Origin: Spirochaetia bacterium | Lineage (GTDB): Bacteria; Spirochaetota; Spirochaetia; CADAEX01 | Direction: 5' to 3' | DNA length: 64,000 nt | Assembly (NCBI GenBank): GCA_045606105.1 | Contig: JAZURI010000002.1 | Coordinates: 1-64,000 of the forward strand | Shown here: piece after piece, positions 46,459 through 55,758 of the stretch | How positions within the stretch are numbered: position 1 is the stretch's first letter | Layout: every line of letters begins with the position of its first letter | Translations under genes and position numbers: made by a program | Notes under the pieces: generated by a model | What the model was told of the DNA's origin: nothing | What the model saw: the letters and a program-made list of their open reading frames with translations, nothing else | Databases searched by the model: none

Positions 46459-48647
46459 TGGAACTGTTCAGCGGAATCAACAACACCAACCGTCCGCTGG
46501 CTGATGCAATGCGGCCTGAAACCCTGGATGATTTCGTAGGGCAGGAGCATATTATCGGAAAGGGGAGACTGCTCCGCCGTGCCATCCAGGCCGACCAGCT
46601 CTCTTCCCTGATCTTCTACGGTCCTCCGGGAACCGGCAAAACCACGCTGGCCCGGATCATAGCCAATACCACCAGCAGTTATTTCATTACAATAAATGCA
46701 GTTCTCTCCGGGGTCAAGGAGATCCGGGATGCCATAGACGAGGCAAAAAAGCGGAGAGATTACTATGGTAAAAGGACCATACTTTTTGTTGATGAGGTTC
46801 ACAGGTGGAACAAGGCCCAGCAGGATGCCCTGCTTCCATGGGTTGAAAACGGGACTTTCATCTTTATCGGTGCCACTACCGAAAATCCATACTTTGAGGT
46901 CAATTCCGCCCTTGTAAGCAGAAGCCGTGTCTTTCAGCTTCTTTCTCTTACCAAAGAAGACCTTATAAAGGCGGCTGAAAATGCCATCCGTGACAAAAAC
47001 CGCGGATACGGCCGTTACGACATTGAATTCGAGCCGGGAGCACTGGAACATCTGGCTGCAATAGCCAACGGTGATGCCAGAAGCATGCTGAATGCACTTC
47101 AGCTGGCTGTGGAGACCACTCCCGCATCATTTCCTCCTGCCCAGGGGGAAAAAATAACCATAACACTGGAAATAGCTGAGGAGAGTATCCAGAAAAAGGC
47201 CCTTCTTTACGACAAGGAGGGAGATTATCATTATGATACCATCAGTGCCTTCATAAAATCACTGCGGGGAAGTGATCCTGATGCCGCCCTGTACTGGATG
47301 GCAAGAATGATTGCCGGAGGAGAGGATCCCAAGTTTCTGTTCCGGAGGATGATGATTCTTGCTTCCGAGGATGTGGGACTGGCAGAGCCGGGGGCTCTGG
47401 GTGTGGTTGTATCTGCAGCAGAGGCCTTTGACAGGGTCGGTATGCCGGAAGGGCAGTTTTTCCTTTCACAGGCAGCTTTGTATCTTGCCCTCTGCCGTAA
47501 ATCCAACTCTACTATGGGATATTTTGATGCCCTGGCTGCGGTGAAGAGTGAAAAGCAGTCGGAGGTTCCCAACCATCTCAAGGATCCTTCCAGGGATAAA
47601 GAGAGCTTCGGACACGGTGAAGGCTATAAATATCCCCATGCCTTCAGGGATCATTGGGTGGCCCAGCAGTATCTTCCGTCTGCCCTTAAAGGTAAGGTTT
47701 TCTATACACCGGGAAATCTGGGATATGAAAAGGATGGTGCAGAAAATCTGGCCAGGCGAAGAGAGGCACAGCTGGAAGCACAGCTTGATACAGAGGCTGC
47801 AGGAGAGGTTCTCACCTTTTCACCTGAAGACAAGGGACGCGATGCCTGGTTCAGGAGAACGGCAGGGGAGAAAAACATGGTTCTTTCCGCCCTCAGGGAT
47901 GAAATCATTTCATCCGTTACCATTCAGAGGCATCACAGGATTCTGATTCCGGGAAACGACAAGGGGCTGCTGGCCTGGGAAGGGGCACGGCTTGCACCGG
48001 AAGGGGGAGTAACGGTTCTGGTAGATCGACCGGAGGATACCGGCTATTTTATAAACTATCCCTCCGTGCTGCCTGAAATTGAGCGCCCTGAAGCACTGTT
48101 CTCAGATCCGGTTTCCCTCAGCAGAGGTGATAACCTTTACGATATCATCATAGGACGGAACATTTTTACCAAAGAGGATAAATCTGCCCTTTTCAATGCA
48201 CTGTACAGCCTTATGGACAAGGATGGAAAAGGGGTTTTTGCCCAGATTGTCCCATGCTATTCCACCCGCCTTTCAGACATTGTGGGAAACAGGCTTTCTG
48301 AAGAAGAGCTCTCCGGGCTGGTCTGCTGCGAGGAAAAAATCTATTCGGGTGCTGATAACCTGCTTATGAACTGGAACGAGGAGACTCTTTCCCGGACGGC
48401 CCGTCAGTGCGGCTTTGAAGTCAGATGCCGTCTCAGGAGCTTTACGGAAAAAAGGTTCATTACGGAACGGGATGCGGAAAACTGGTTTGATGTTTCCAGA
48501 AAGGATTCCTATGGCTCAGGCTTGAAGGAAATGCCACTGCTGGCTGAAAAGGTACGGAATCTCATACTTCTGAACAGGGAAGAGGGAATATCCTGGAAAA
48601 GCGTATGGGCTGTAATTGAGCTCAGAAAAGGTCAGGATCTGGACTGA
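46458..48647 (+). CDS. rarA: Replication-associated recombination protein A (RarA/MgsA) with a ~280-aa C-terminal extension
   Basis: [43 protein letters not shown] and ASEDVG motifs. Confidence 0.92.
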   Translation: MELFSGINNTNRPLADAMRPETLDDFVGQEHIIGKGRLLRRAIQADQLSSLIFYGPPGTGKTTLARIIANTTSSYFITINAVLSGVKEIRDAIDEAKKRRDYYGKRTILFVDEVHRWNKAQQDALLPWVENGTFIFIGATTENPYFEVNSALVSRSRVFQLLSLTKEDLIKAAENAIRDKNRGYGRYDIEFEPGALEHLAAIANGDARSMLNALQLAVETTPASFPPAQGEKITITLEIAEESIQKKALLYDKEGDYHYDTISAFIKSLRGSDPDAALYWMARMIAGGEDPKFLFRRMMILASEDVGLAEPGALGVVVSAAEAFDRVGMPEGQFFLSQAALYLALCRKSNSTMGYFDALAAVKSEKQSEVPNHLKDPSRDKESFGHGEGYKYPHAFRDHWVAQQYLPSALKGKVFYTPGNLGYEKDGAENLARRREAQLEAQLDTEAAGEVLTFSPEDKGRDAWFRRTAGEKNMVLSALRDEIISSVTIQRHHRILIPGNDKGLLAWEGARLAPEGGVTVLVDRPEDTGYFINYPSVLPEIERPEALFSDPVSLSRGDNLYDIIIGRNIFTKEDKSALFNALYSLMDKDGKGVFAQIVPCYSTRLSDIVGNRLSEEELSGLVCCEEKIYSGADNLLMNWNEETLSRTARQCGFEVRCRLRSFTEKRFITERDAENWFDVSRKDSYGSGLKEMPLLAEKVRNLILLNREEGISWKSVWAVIELRKGQDLD

Positions 48648-49960
48648 AGAATCGACTCCATGGAATTATCCTCATGGAGAACCCTGAGAAAGTCCTTTCT
48701 TGTAAGAATACCCACCATATCGTTGTCATCATTGACAACCGGCATATGATTGTACTTGTTCTCAAGGAAAACCCTTTCAATATCCCTCATTGTTGCATAG
48801 AAAGGAATGGTGATTACCTTCTTGCTCATGTAGGCCTTTACAGGGGACTGCATGCAGTTTGCCTTTTCTGCGTTTTTCACATCCTTGTTACCCAGCATTC
48901 CTACGATCTTGTGATTGCCGTCCAGGACCGGAACTGCCGTATGGTTTATCTCTTCAAGATAGACAGCAGCTTCGTTCATGTTCACGGTATCTGGAATATA
49001 TTTTACCAGACGGTTCATTATGGTCTCAGCGGTAATGGCCGGAACCAGGTTTCCCAACACATCGATCAGCTTGCTGTAAACCTCATCTCCCGACGATTTC
49101 TTTATGGTAGCCGAGGCTGCCTTGTCATGTCCGCCGCCGCCGAAATCCTTCAGCAGCTCATTTACCCTGATGGAGCTTCTCTGGCTCCGGGCAATGATAT
49201 TTGTAACCTTTTCCTTCTTTGAATAAAAAACTGCAAAGAAAGCTTCCGGATTCTCTATTTCAAACACCTTTTCCACAACAGCAGCCAGACCGTTCAGTCT
49301 CTGTTCCGTCTCTATGTTGCAGAGTATGATCTCGTGACCGTTTATGTTTCTGAAAACAAGGGAATTGAGAACCCTGTGGAAATAGGAAATCTGGTAATTC
49401 TTCTTCAGAGGTTTCAGGAAATACTTCACCAGCTTTATGGAAGCTCCCATGCTGACAAAGAACCGGGCTGCCTCGAAATCCTCCGGGGCGGTCCTTTCGA
49501 TGGTGAAGTTCAGGGTGTCGGAATAGATGCCGGTAAGGGCAATGGTTGCCTCCTCCATATCCAGCGTGATACCCTTTTCTATAATCTCCATGGCCAGGTT
49601 TGTTGTATTTGAGCCGTAATTCACCAGCTTAAGCTCACTGCCGGGAATATCGTTGCTTTCACCGGGATGATGGTCGTATATGATGATTTTCCCCGTTGCT
49701 CTCTGGATTGCTGGAATGAACTCCTTTACCCTTGAAGAGGAGGAGGTATCTACTATTACGACATTCTCAATAGGCTGATCCTTCAGATCAGGGGTCGTAA
49801 GAAAATTGATCTTGTTCTTGTAATATCCGATAAGATTTCCGGCCACGGGATTTATCAGGTCGCAGAGGACAACATTGTAATCCGTATAAAGCTTTTTAGC
49901 CAGGAGCATTGATGAAAGACAGTCCAGGTCAGTATTTGAATGACCGATTATAATATTCAT
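48632..49960 (-). CDS. DHH/DHHA1 phosphoesterase with a C-terminal CBS pair
   Basis: HSNTDLDC, VDT, DHH, GIYSDT and GGGGH motifs, followed by two CBS repeats. Confidence 0.85.
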   Translation of the reverse strand: MNIIIGHSNTDLDCLSSMLLAKKLYTDYNVVLCDLINPVAGNLIGYYKNKINFLTTPDLKDQPIENVVIVDTSSSSRVKEFIPAIQRATGKIIIYDHHPGESNDIPGSELKLVNYGSNTTNLAMEIIEKGITLDMEEATIALTGIYSDTLNFTIERTAPEDFEAARFFVSMGASIKLVKYFLKPLKKNYQISYFHRVLNSLVFRNINGHEIILCNIETEQRLNGLAAVVEKVFEIENPEAFFAVFYSKKEKVTNIIARSQRSSIRVNELLKDFGGGGHDKAASATIKKSSGDEVYSKLIDVLGNLVPAITAETIMNRLVKYIPDTVNMNEAAVYLEEINHTAVPVLDGNHKIVGMLGNKDVKNAEKANCMQSPVKAYMSKKVITIPFYATMRDIERVFLENKYNHMPVVNDDNDMVGILTRKDFLRVLHEDNSMESILQSRS

Positions 49961-50028
49961 TTTTATAACCTTAATTTAAATATAAATCCGGTATACAAAC
50001 AAGTCAACATTTATTATTATTAAAAACG

Positions 50029-50391
50029 ATGAAGAAAATACATTATTTCCTTGTCATTCTGATGATTTTCTCCCTTTCCGGTTGCAGAAAGGAAGTAAAG
50101 GAAGAGTTTCCCGATATAAAGCTTCCGGTAACCTCCGAGCTTGTGACTACCTTTGCATACGGTGCCCCGGTGGGAACTTATCTCCGCATCAGGGAAAACC
50201 CGGATATAAATTCGGCTCCTGTTGACATGATCTGGAAAAATGACATTTTTGAAATCATCACCAAGACCGCAGACCCCGAAGTTGTGGACGGCAGGGAGGA
50301 TTACTGGTACAAGGTGAAGTTCGGGGATATCCAGGGATGGGTTTTCGGCTCCGGCATCAGGCTCTACGAAGATATCAAAAATATAAAATAA
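50029..50391 (+). CDS. SH3b-domain lipoprotein
   Basis: Lipobox SLSGC and LRIRENP...WYKV...GWVFG. Confidence 0.8.
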   Translation: MKKIHYFLVILMIFSLSGCRKEVKEEFPDIKLPVTSELVTTFAYGAPVGTYLRIRENPDINSAPVDMIWKNDIFEIITKTADPEVVDGREDYWYKVKFGDIQGWVFGSGIRLYEDIKNIK

Positions 50392-50394
50392 AAG

Positions 50395-50423
50395 TTGCTT
50401 TTTATATGTTAATTGTGTAAAAT
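50395..50423 (+). promoter_or_regulatory. Putative promoter of murG giving a leaderless transcript
   Basis: TTGCTT-17-TAAAAT-6 nt-ATG(50430). Confidence 0.65.
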
Positions 50424-50429
50424 TGACAC

Positions 50430-51521
50430 ATGAAAAGAAAAATCTGCTTTACCGGCGGAGGAACTGCAGGTCACGTTTTTCCCGGTATATCTGTAATAGA
50501 AACATTGTGCTCGGACCATGGATACTGTAAGGATGACTTTATCTGGATCGGTTCATCGGGGGGAATGGAGAAAAGGCTTGTGACAGAGGCCGGTATTTCC
50601 TTTATCGGAATCCCGTCAGGCAAGCTGAGAAGATATTTTTCAATAAGGAATTTTATTGATATTTTTAAAATCGGACTTGGATTTATATATGCTTTCTGTA
50701 TACTTTTAAAAGTCAAGCCTGTAATAGTTTTCTCAAAAGGGGGATATGTAAGTGTTCCGCCCGTTGCTGCAGGAAAGCTTCTTCGTATACCGCTTCTTAC
50801 CCATGAGTCGGATTATACCCCCGGACTTGCCACAAAAATCAATGCAATGTTTGTGGACAGGATTCTTCTTTCAGTTGATGAAACCATGAATTATCTCAAG
50901 CCTGAGTACCGTAAAAAGGCTGTTGTGACAGGAAATCCGGTGAGAAAGGACTTTTTCTCGGGAAATCCTCAGAAAGGGCTTGAATTTCTCGGACTTGACA
51001 ACAAAAAGCCCCTTGTTTTTGTCGTGGGTGGAAGCCAGGGCAGCGGCGAGATAAACGATCTTGTCTATTCTGTCCGCCGTGAGCTTTCAGAAAAATACTA
51101 TATTGCCCATCAGACAGGGGCGGGTGCTTCAGTTCCTCCATCAGATATCGAAGGATATATTCAGCTTCCGTTCATCCGGAAAGAGATTGCCGATGTTATT
51201 GCGGCTGCATCCCTTGTGATTACCAGGGCAGGAGCCGGGTCTCTGTGGGAGCTTTCGGCAGAGGGAAAGGCCTCTCTTCTGATACCGCTGAGGGGAAGCG
51301 GAACCAGAGGGGACCAGGTAAAGAATGCCGCGTTCTTCAGAAACAATAATGCAGCTGCCGTACTGGACGGTGAAGTCATAGGAAGCAGGGAGCTGCTTGA
51401 TGAAATCAGGGATATCATGGAAACAGGAAGAAAGGATGAGCTTGCCGCCAACATTGCAGCCATGGCAAGAAAGGATTCTGCTTCCCTCATAGCAGCCGAA
51501 ATTGTGGAGTTGATAAAATAA
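50430..51521 (+). CDS. murG: Lipid II N-acetylglucosamine transferase
   Basis: TGGGTAGHVFP, KGGYVS, HESD, GNPVR, GGSQGS, RAGA and DQVKNA motifs. Confidence 0.96.
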   Translation: MKRKICFTGGGTAGHVFPGISVIETLCSDHGYCKDDFIWIGSSGGMEKRLVTEAGISFIGIPSGKLRRYFSIRNFIDIFKIGLGFIYAFCILLKVKPVIVFSKGGYVSVPPVAAGKLLRIPLLTHESDYTPGLATKINAMFVDRILLSVDETMNYLKPEYRKKAVVTGNPVRKDFFSGNPQKGLEFLGLDNKKPLVFVVGGSQGSGEINDLVYSVRRELSEKYYIAHQTGAGASVPPSDIEGYIQLPFIRKEIADVIAAASLVITRAGAGSLWELSAEGKASLLIPLRGSGTRGDQVKNAAFFRNNNAAAVLDGEVIGSRELLDEIRDIMETGRKDELAANIAAMARKDSASLIAAEIVELIK

Positions 51522-52069
51522 TGGCAGTAGTAGATATTTTTTTCCTTATAGTTATAGCTTTCTTTATCTTCAAAGGGCTCATCATGGGCTTTGTAAGGGA
51601 ATTCATGAACATGGCAGCCCTTTTCGGAGGTATTGCGGCCGGTATCCTGGCTCAGCCTTATCTCAACGGTTTCCTTTCAAAGGTTCTGAATGTTCAGGGA
51701 ACAGTCACCTCAGTGGTGCCTGACGTTTCTGATATCGGTAACACCGTCAGATGGGTTCCGATCCTCTCTTTTCTCATAGCTTTTCTGGTTACCTACATTG
51801 TAATCAAGCTGGTGGAACTTCTGATTCTCAAAGCAGTGGATAAAATCCATCTTAACCAGCTGAATCGTATCATGGGAGTGATGTACGGTGCCCTTGAGGC
51901 CGGAATTACAATTCTTTTTATCGTATTTGTTGTAAATATTCAGTCATATGTTGATCTGTCCACGCTTTTTGATGAAAGCATAATTGCCGGCTATGCAAAG
52001 GAATTTCTTTTTGACTTGGAGCTTCAGCCATATTTTGACATGATACGGATCGGAGAAAAAGGTGTTTGA
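51521..52069 (+). CDS. cvpA: CvpA family membrane protein
   Basis: KGLIMGFVRE and LNRIMGVMYG patterns with 4 TM segments. Confidence 0.85.
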   Translation: MAVVDIFFLIVIAFFIFKGLIMGFVREFMNMAALFGGIAAGILAQPYLNGFLSKVLNVQGTVTSVVPDVSDIGNTVRWVPILSFLIAFLVTYIVIKLVELLILKAVDKIHLNQLNRIMGVMYGALEAGITILFIVFVVNIQSYVDLSTLFDESIIAGYAKEFLFDLELQPYFDMIRIGEKGV

Positions 52070-53240
52070 AAACATTATCGGACATAAGGCTGTAATCAGA
52101 CAGCTTTCAGATGAGGTCTCTTCAGGGCGGCTTCCGGGTTCAATTCTCATAGAAGGGGCTCAGTATGCCGGAAAGCTTACCATTGCGCTGGAACTGGCCA
52201 GGGCTCTGACATGTACCGGGGACAGGAAATGGAACTGCCGGTGCCGGGCCTGCCGGTATCAGAAGCAGCTGGTGAATCCCGATACCATCCTTCTTGGACC
52301 TGATGATTTCATGGAAGAGATTCATCTTACAGCCTCTCTTCTCAAGGAATCCAACGAATTCTACAGCCGTTATCTTTTTCTCAGGGCTGTAAGAAAGCTG
52401 CTCCACCGTTTCAATCCTGTTTTTTTTGACGACAAGGAGAGCCGTGTAAGGAAAGCAGAGCCTTTTATAGCGGAAATCGAGGAAAAGCTTGACGGCTTCA
52501 ACCCGGACCTGGATACAGGAATTAACGAAAAATTCATTGATTCTGTGGTCAGTGCCGCAGCATCCCTTTCAAAGGAAACCAACCTTATAAACATTTCGGT
52601 TGATTATATTAGGAAAATCATATTCTGGAGCCATACCACAGGTCTTGAAAATAACAAGGTAATCATCATAGAAAACTGTGAAAAAATGAACGAGAGCGCC
52701 AGGAACAGCATGCTGAAGATACTGGAGGAGCCGCCTGAAAAATGCTTCTTCATATTTCTTTCATCAAATCCGGGTGAAATAATAGAGACCATAAGGTCAA
52801 GACTTAGGGTATACAGCCTCAGGGAAAGAAGTCCTGAGGAAAACAGGCAGGTTATAGAGCGTATTTTCAGGGAAAAGGATTCTCAGTTCAGTTCTGTATC
52901 CCGTTTCTTTGCCGAAAGGAATCCTGCCTTCGGAGAAACTGACAATGCCGCACGGATTTTTACAGACTTCTTTTTTTCCGGTGACGACGGAACTGATTCA
53001 AAAAGGGAAATCAGGGAGACACTGAAATGTGTGGAGAGCAGTAACATCAGGCTTTTTTATGAAAGGCTCCTTTTTCACAGCCGGAAATATCTTACCGGAA
53101 AAGAGGATGAATTTACTGTTTACAGGCTTGAAGCCCTGAACAGATTTCTCAGGACCAGCCGTTATAACCATGAAACCCTCAACATGAACACCGAGCTTCT
53201 TATTGAAAGCCTCATCAGCTTCAGGGAGGAGATAATATGA
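52062..53240 (+). CDS. holB: DNA polymerase III delta-prime-like clamp-loader subunit
   Basis: MFENIIGH, GKLTIALELAR, Zn motif C...CRCRAC, NSMLKILEEP and TIRSR. Confidence 0.8.
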   Translation: MFENIIGHKAVIRQLSDEVSSGRLPGSILIEGAQYAGKLTIALELARALTCTGDRKWNCRCRACRYQKQLVNPDTILLGPDDFMEEIHLTASLLKESNEFYSRYLFLRAVRKLLHRFNPVFFDDKESRVRKAEPFIAEIEEKLDGFNPDLDTGINEKFIDSVVSAAASLSKETNLINISVDYIRKIIFWSHTTGLENNKVIIIENCEKMNESARNSMLKILEEPPEKCFFIFLSSNPGEIIETIRSRLRVYSLRERSPEENRQVIERIFREKDSQFSSVSRFFAERNPAFGETDNAARIFTDFFFSGDDGTDSKREIRETLKCVESSNIRLFYERLLFHSRKYLTGKEDEFTVYRLEALNRFLRTSRYNHETLNMNTELLIESLISFREEII

Positions 53241-54433
53241 GAAATTTTGTACTTACCGCCATGAAAAAGACGGAAAAGCTGCCGGCAGAAGAAAAGGCCA
53301 GGCTCTACGAGGAGCTTCTGAAGAATGTGGCTGCCGATGATGAGATGATGGCCATGGTCCTTGATTCCCTCTCTTCCGGTGTCATGGTCTCCAACGAAGA
53401 ACACAACGTGGTGTTTGTCAACAAGTATCTCGGCAAGCTGACCAAGCTTAAAAAGACCGAACTCATGGACTGCAAGGTGTGGACCCTGTTTCACGATGCC
53501 GGTATTTCAAGCTTTATCATGGATTCCGTAACCAACAGAACAAGGAATGTTACCAAGGTTTTCAGCTTCAGGGACAACACCAGGATGACCTTCATAGAAT
53601 TCCGTGTTCTCAAGCTGAAAAGCCATATGGGAGCCTCCGGCCATATAATCACTGTTGATAATGTTACAGACAGGGAAGTGGAAAAGAAGAAGGAAAAAAG
53701 AGCCGAAAGCTACTCGGCCCTTAATGCCCTTACCGCAGGACTGGCCCATGAAATAAAGAACCCTCTGGGAAGCATCAGCATATATCTTCAGCTTATGAAA
53801 AAGCAGCTGGGAAAGGACGGTCCCATAACAGAGCCTGATGAATACAGGAAAAAACTTATGGACAAGGTGGATATAGTAAGCTCCGAAGTCGAAAGGCTGA
53901 ATACCATAGTAATGGATTTTCTTGCCACCATCCGGCCCAGAAAGCTTTCTCCTGTACCTCATTCACTCAACAAGATCATAGAAGAGGTAATCATTCTTAC
54001 AAAGCCGGAGCTGGATTCCCGTCATATAGAGCTCAAGGTGGGACTTGAGGAAAACATGCCGCTGATTCTCCTGGACAAGCAGTATATCAGGCAGGCCATA
54101 ATCAATCTTGTGGTAAATGCCAGGGATGCCATGGTAAAGAAGAAAAAGGGAATTCTTACAATCAAGACCGAAAAGAACAGCGAATCCATAATTCTGCAGG
54201 TCAGTGATACGGGAGAGGGAATACCGAATGAGAACCTCAGCAAGCTTTTCGACCCCTATTTCACCACAAAGGATTCAGGTACTGGAATCGGACTTACCAT
54301 TGTCTACAGGACCATCAAGGAGCATAAGGGAGATATTTTCGTTATTTCCAAGGTAGGAGAAGGAACCACCTTCAGGATAGTGCTTCCGAGAATCGAGAAG
54401 GAAATTCACCAGATTGCATGGGAGGAAAAATGA
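53237..54433 (+). CDS. Cytoplasmic PAS sensor histidine kinase (Hk2/Hpk2-like)
   Basis: PAS region, AHEIKNPL H-box and N/G1/F/G2 boxes (NLVVNA, DTGEGI, FDPYFTTK, GTGIGL). No TM segment. Confidence 0.92.
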   Translation: MRNFVLTAMKKTEKLPAEEKARLYEELLKNVAADDEMMAMVLDSLSSGVMVSNEEHNVVFVNKYLGKLTKLKKTELMDCKVWTLFHDAGISSFIMDSVTNRTRNVTKVFSFRDNTRMTFIEFRVLKLKSHMGASGHIITVDNVTDREVEKKKEKRAESYSALNALTAGLAHEIKNPLGSISIYLQLMKKQLGKDGPITEPDEYRKKLMDKVDIVSSEVERLNTIVMDFLATIRPRKLSPVPHSLNKIIEEVIILTKPELDSRHIELKVGLEENMPLILLDKQYIRQAIINLVVNARDAMVKKKKGILTIKTEKNSESIILQVSDTGEGIPNENLSKLFDPYFTTKDSGTGIGLTIVYRTIKEHKGDIFVISKVGEGTTFRIVLPRIEKEIHQIAWEEK

Positions 54434-55758
54434 AATTCAGCATTCTTGTTGCAGATGATGAAATAAATATCAGGAACGGACTTTCAATCGGCCTTGAGGA
54501 TGAGGGGTATACCACCTATCAGGCTGCAGACGGAGCAGAGGCTCTCAGGATAATCCGTACACATAACATAGATCTTGTGATCACAGACCTCAGGATGCCT
54601 GAAATGTCGGGAGAGGAGCTGCTTAAAAGGATAAATGCCGAATACAATAACATTCCTGTCATTATCCTTACAGGGCACGGAACCATTGAAAATGCAGTTG
54701 AAACCATGCACAACGGTGCCTACGATTTCATGACCAAGCCTCTCAATCTTGACCATCTCTTTCTTATCGTGAAAAGGGCTCTGGAGCATAAGTCCCTTCA
54801 GGCAGAGGTTGAAAAGCTCAAGGGCTCCAGAAGCTTTGTGGCAGGAAAAAGCCCGAAGATGAAGAAGGTAATGGAAACTGTCGAGCATGTGGCAGCAACC
54901 AGGGCCTCGGTACTTCTAACCGGAGAAAGCGGTGTGGGAAAGGAGGTAATCGCCGATGCCATCCATTCCATGTCCGACAGAAGGAACAAGCCTTTCATAA
55001 AGGTTCACTGTGCCGCCCTTTCGGAATCGCTCCTGGAAAGTGAGCTTTTCGGCCATGAAAAGGGCTCGTTTACCGGTGCTGTTGCCAGAAAAAAGGGAAA
55101 ATTCGAGCTTGCCGACAAGGGTACCATTTTCCTGGATGAAATCGGTGAAATCAACCAGAATATACAGATCAAGCTCCTTAGGATAATCCAGGAGAGGGAA
55201 TTTGAACGGGTAGGCGGTGAAGAGACCATCAAGGTGGATGTAAGAATCATTTCCGCCACCAACAAGAACCTTCAGGAGGAGGTCGAAAAGGGAAACTTCC
55301 GCGAAGACCTTTTCTACAGGCTCAATGTGGTGAACATCAATATTCCCCCTCTCAGGGAAAGAAAGGAGGATATCCTTATCCTGGCTACAGCCTTCCTTAC
55401 CGAGCTGGCTGCAGATAACAACAAGCAGATCGAGGGCTTCGACCCCAAGGTCAGGACCATTCTTTACAATCACCGCTGGAAGGGAAACATCAGGGAACTC
55501 AGAAACTGTATAGAGAACGCTGTTGTCATGGCCCGGGGCAAGGTAATTACTGTTGACGACCTTCCTCTCCCTATGAGAAAGGATAACGGAGACAACTATA
55601 TAAAGATAAAGCTGGGCTCCACACTGGACAGTGCCGAAAAAGAGGTGATCCTGGCAACTCTGGACATGTGCCGGGGAAACAAGAGCAAAGCTGCCGAAGT
55701 TCTTGCCATAGGACGAAAGACATTACACAGAAAGATAGATGAGTACGAAAATAACTGA
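54430..55758 (+). CDS. Sigma54-dependent response regulator (NtrC family, Rrp2-like)
   Basis: REC domain (ADDE, TDLRMP), GESGVGKE, ESELFGHEKGSFTGA, FLDEIG and Fis-type HTH. Start at 54430 after GGAGG. Confidence 0.93.
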   Translation: MKFSILVADDEINIRNGLSIGLEDEGYTTYQAADGAEALRIIRTHNIDLVITDLRMPEMSGEELLKRINAEYNNIPVIILTGHGTIENAVETMHNGAYDFMTKPLNLDHLFLIVKRALEHKSLQAEVEKLKGSRSFVAGKSPKMKKVMETVEHVAATRASVLLTGESGVGKEVIADAIHSMSDRRNKPFIKVHCAALSESLLESELFGHEKGSFTGAVARKKGKFELADKGTIFLDEIGEINQNIQIKLLRIIQEREFERVGGEETIKVDVRIISATNKNLQEEVEKGNFREDLFYRLNVVNINIPPLRERKEDILILATAFLTELAADNNKQIEGFDPKVRTILYNHRWKGNIRELRNCIENAVVMARGKVITVDDLPLPMRKDNGDNYIKIKLGSTLDSAEKEVILATLDMCRGNKSKAAEVLAIGRKTLHRKIDEYENN

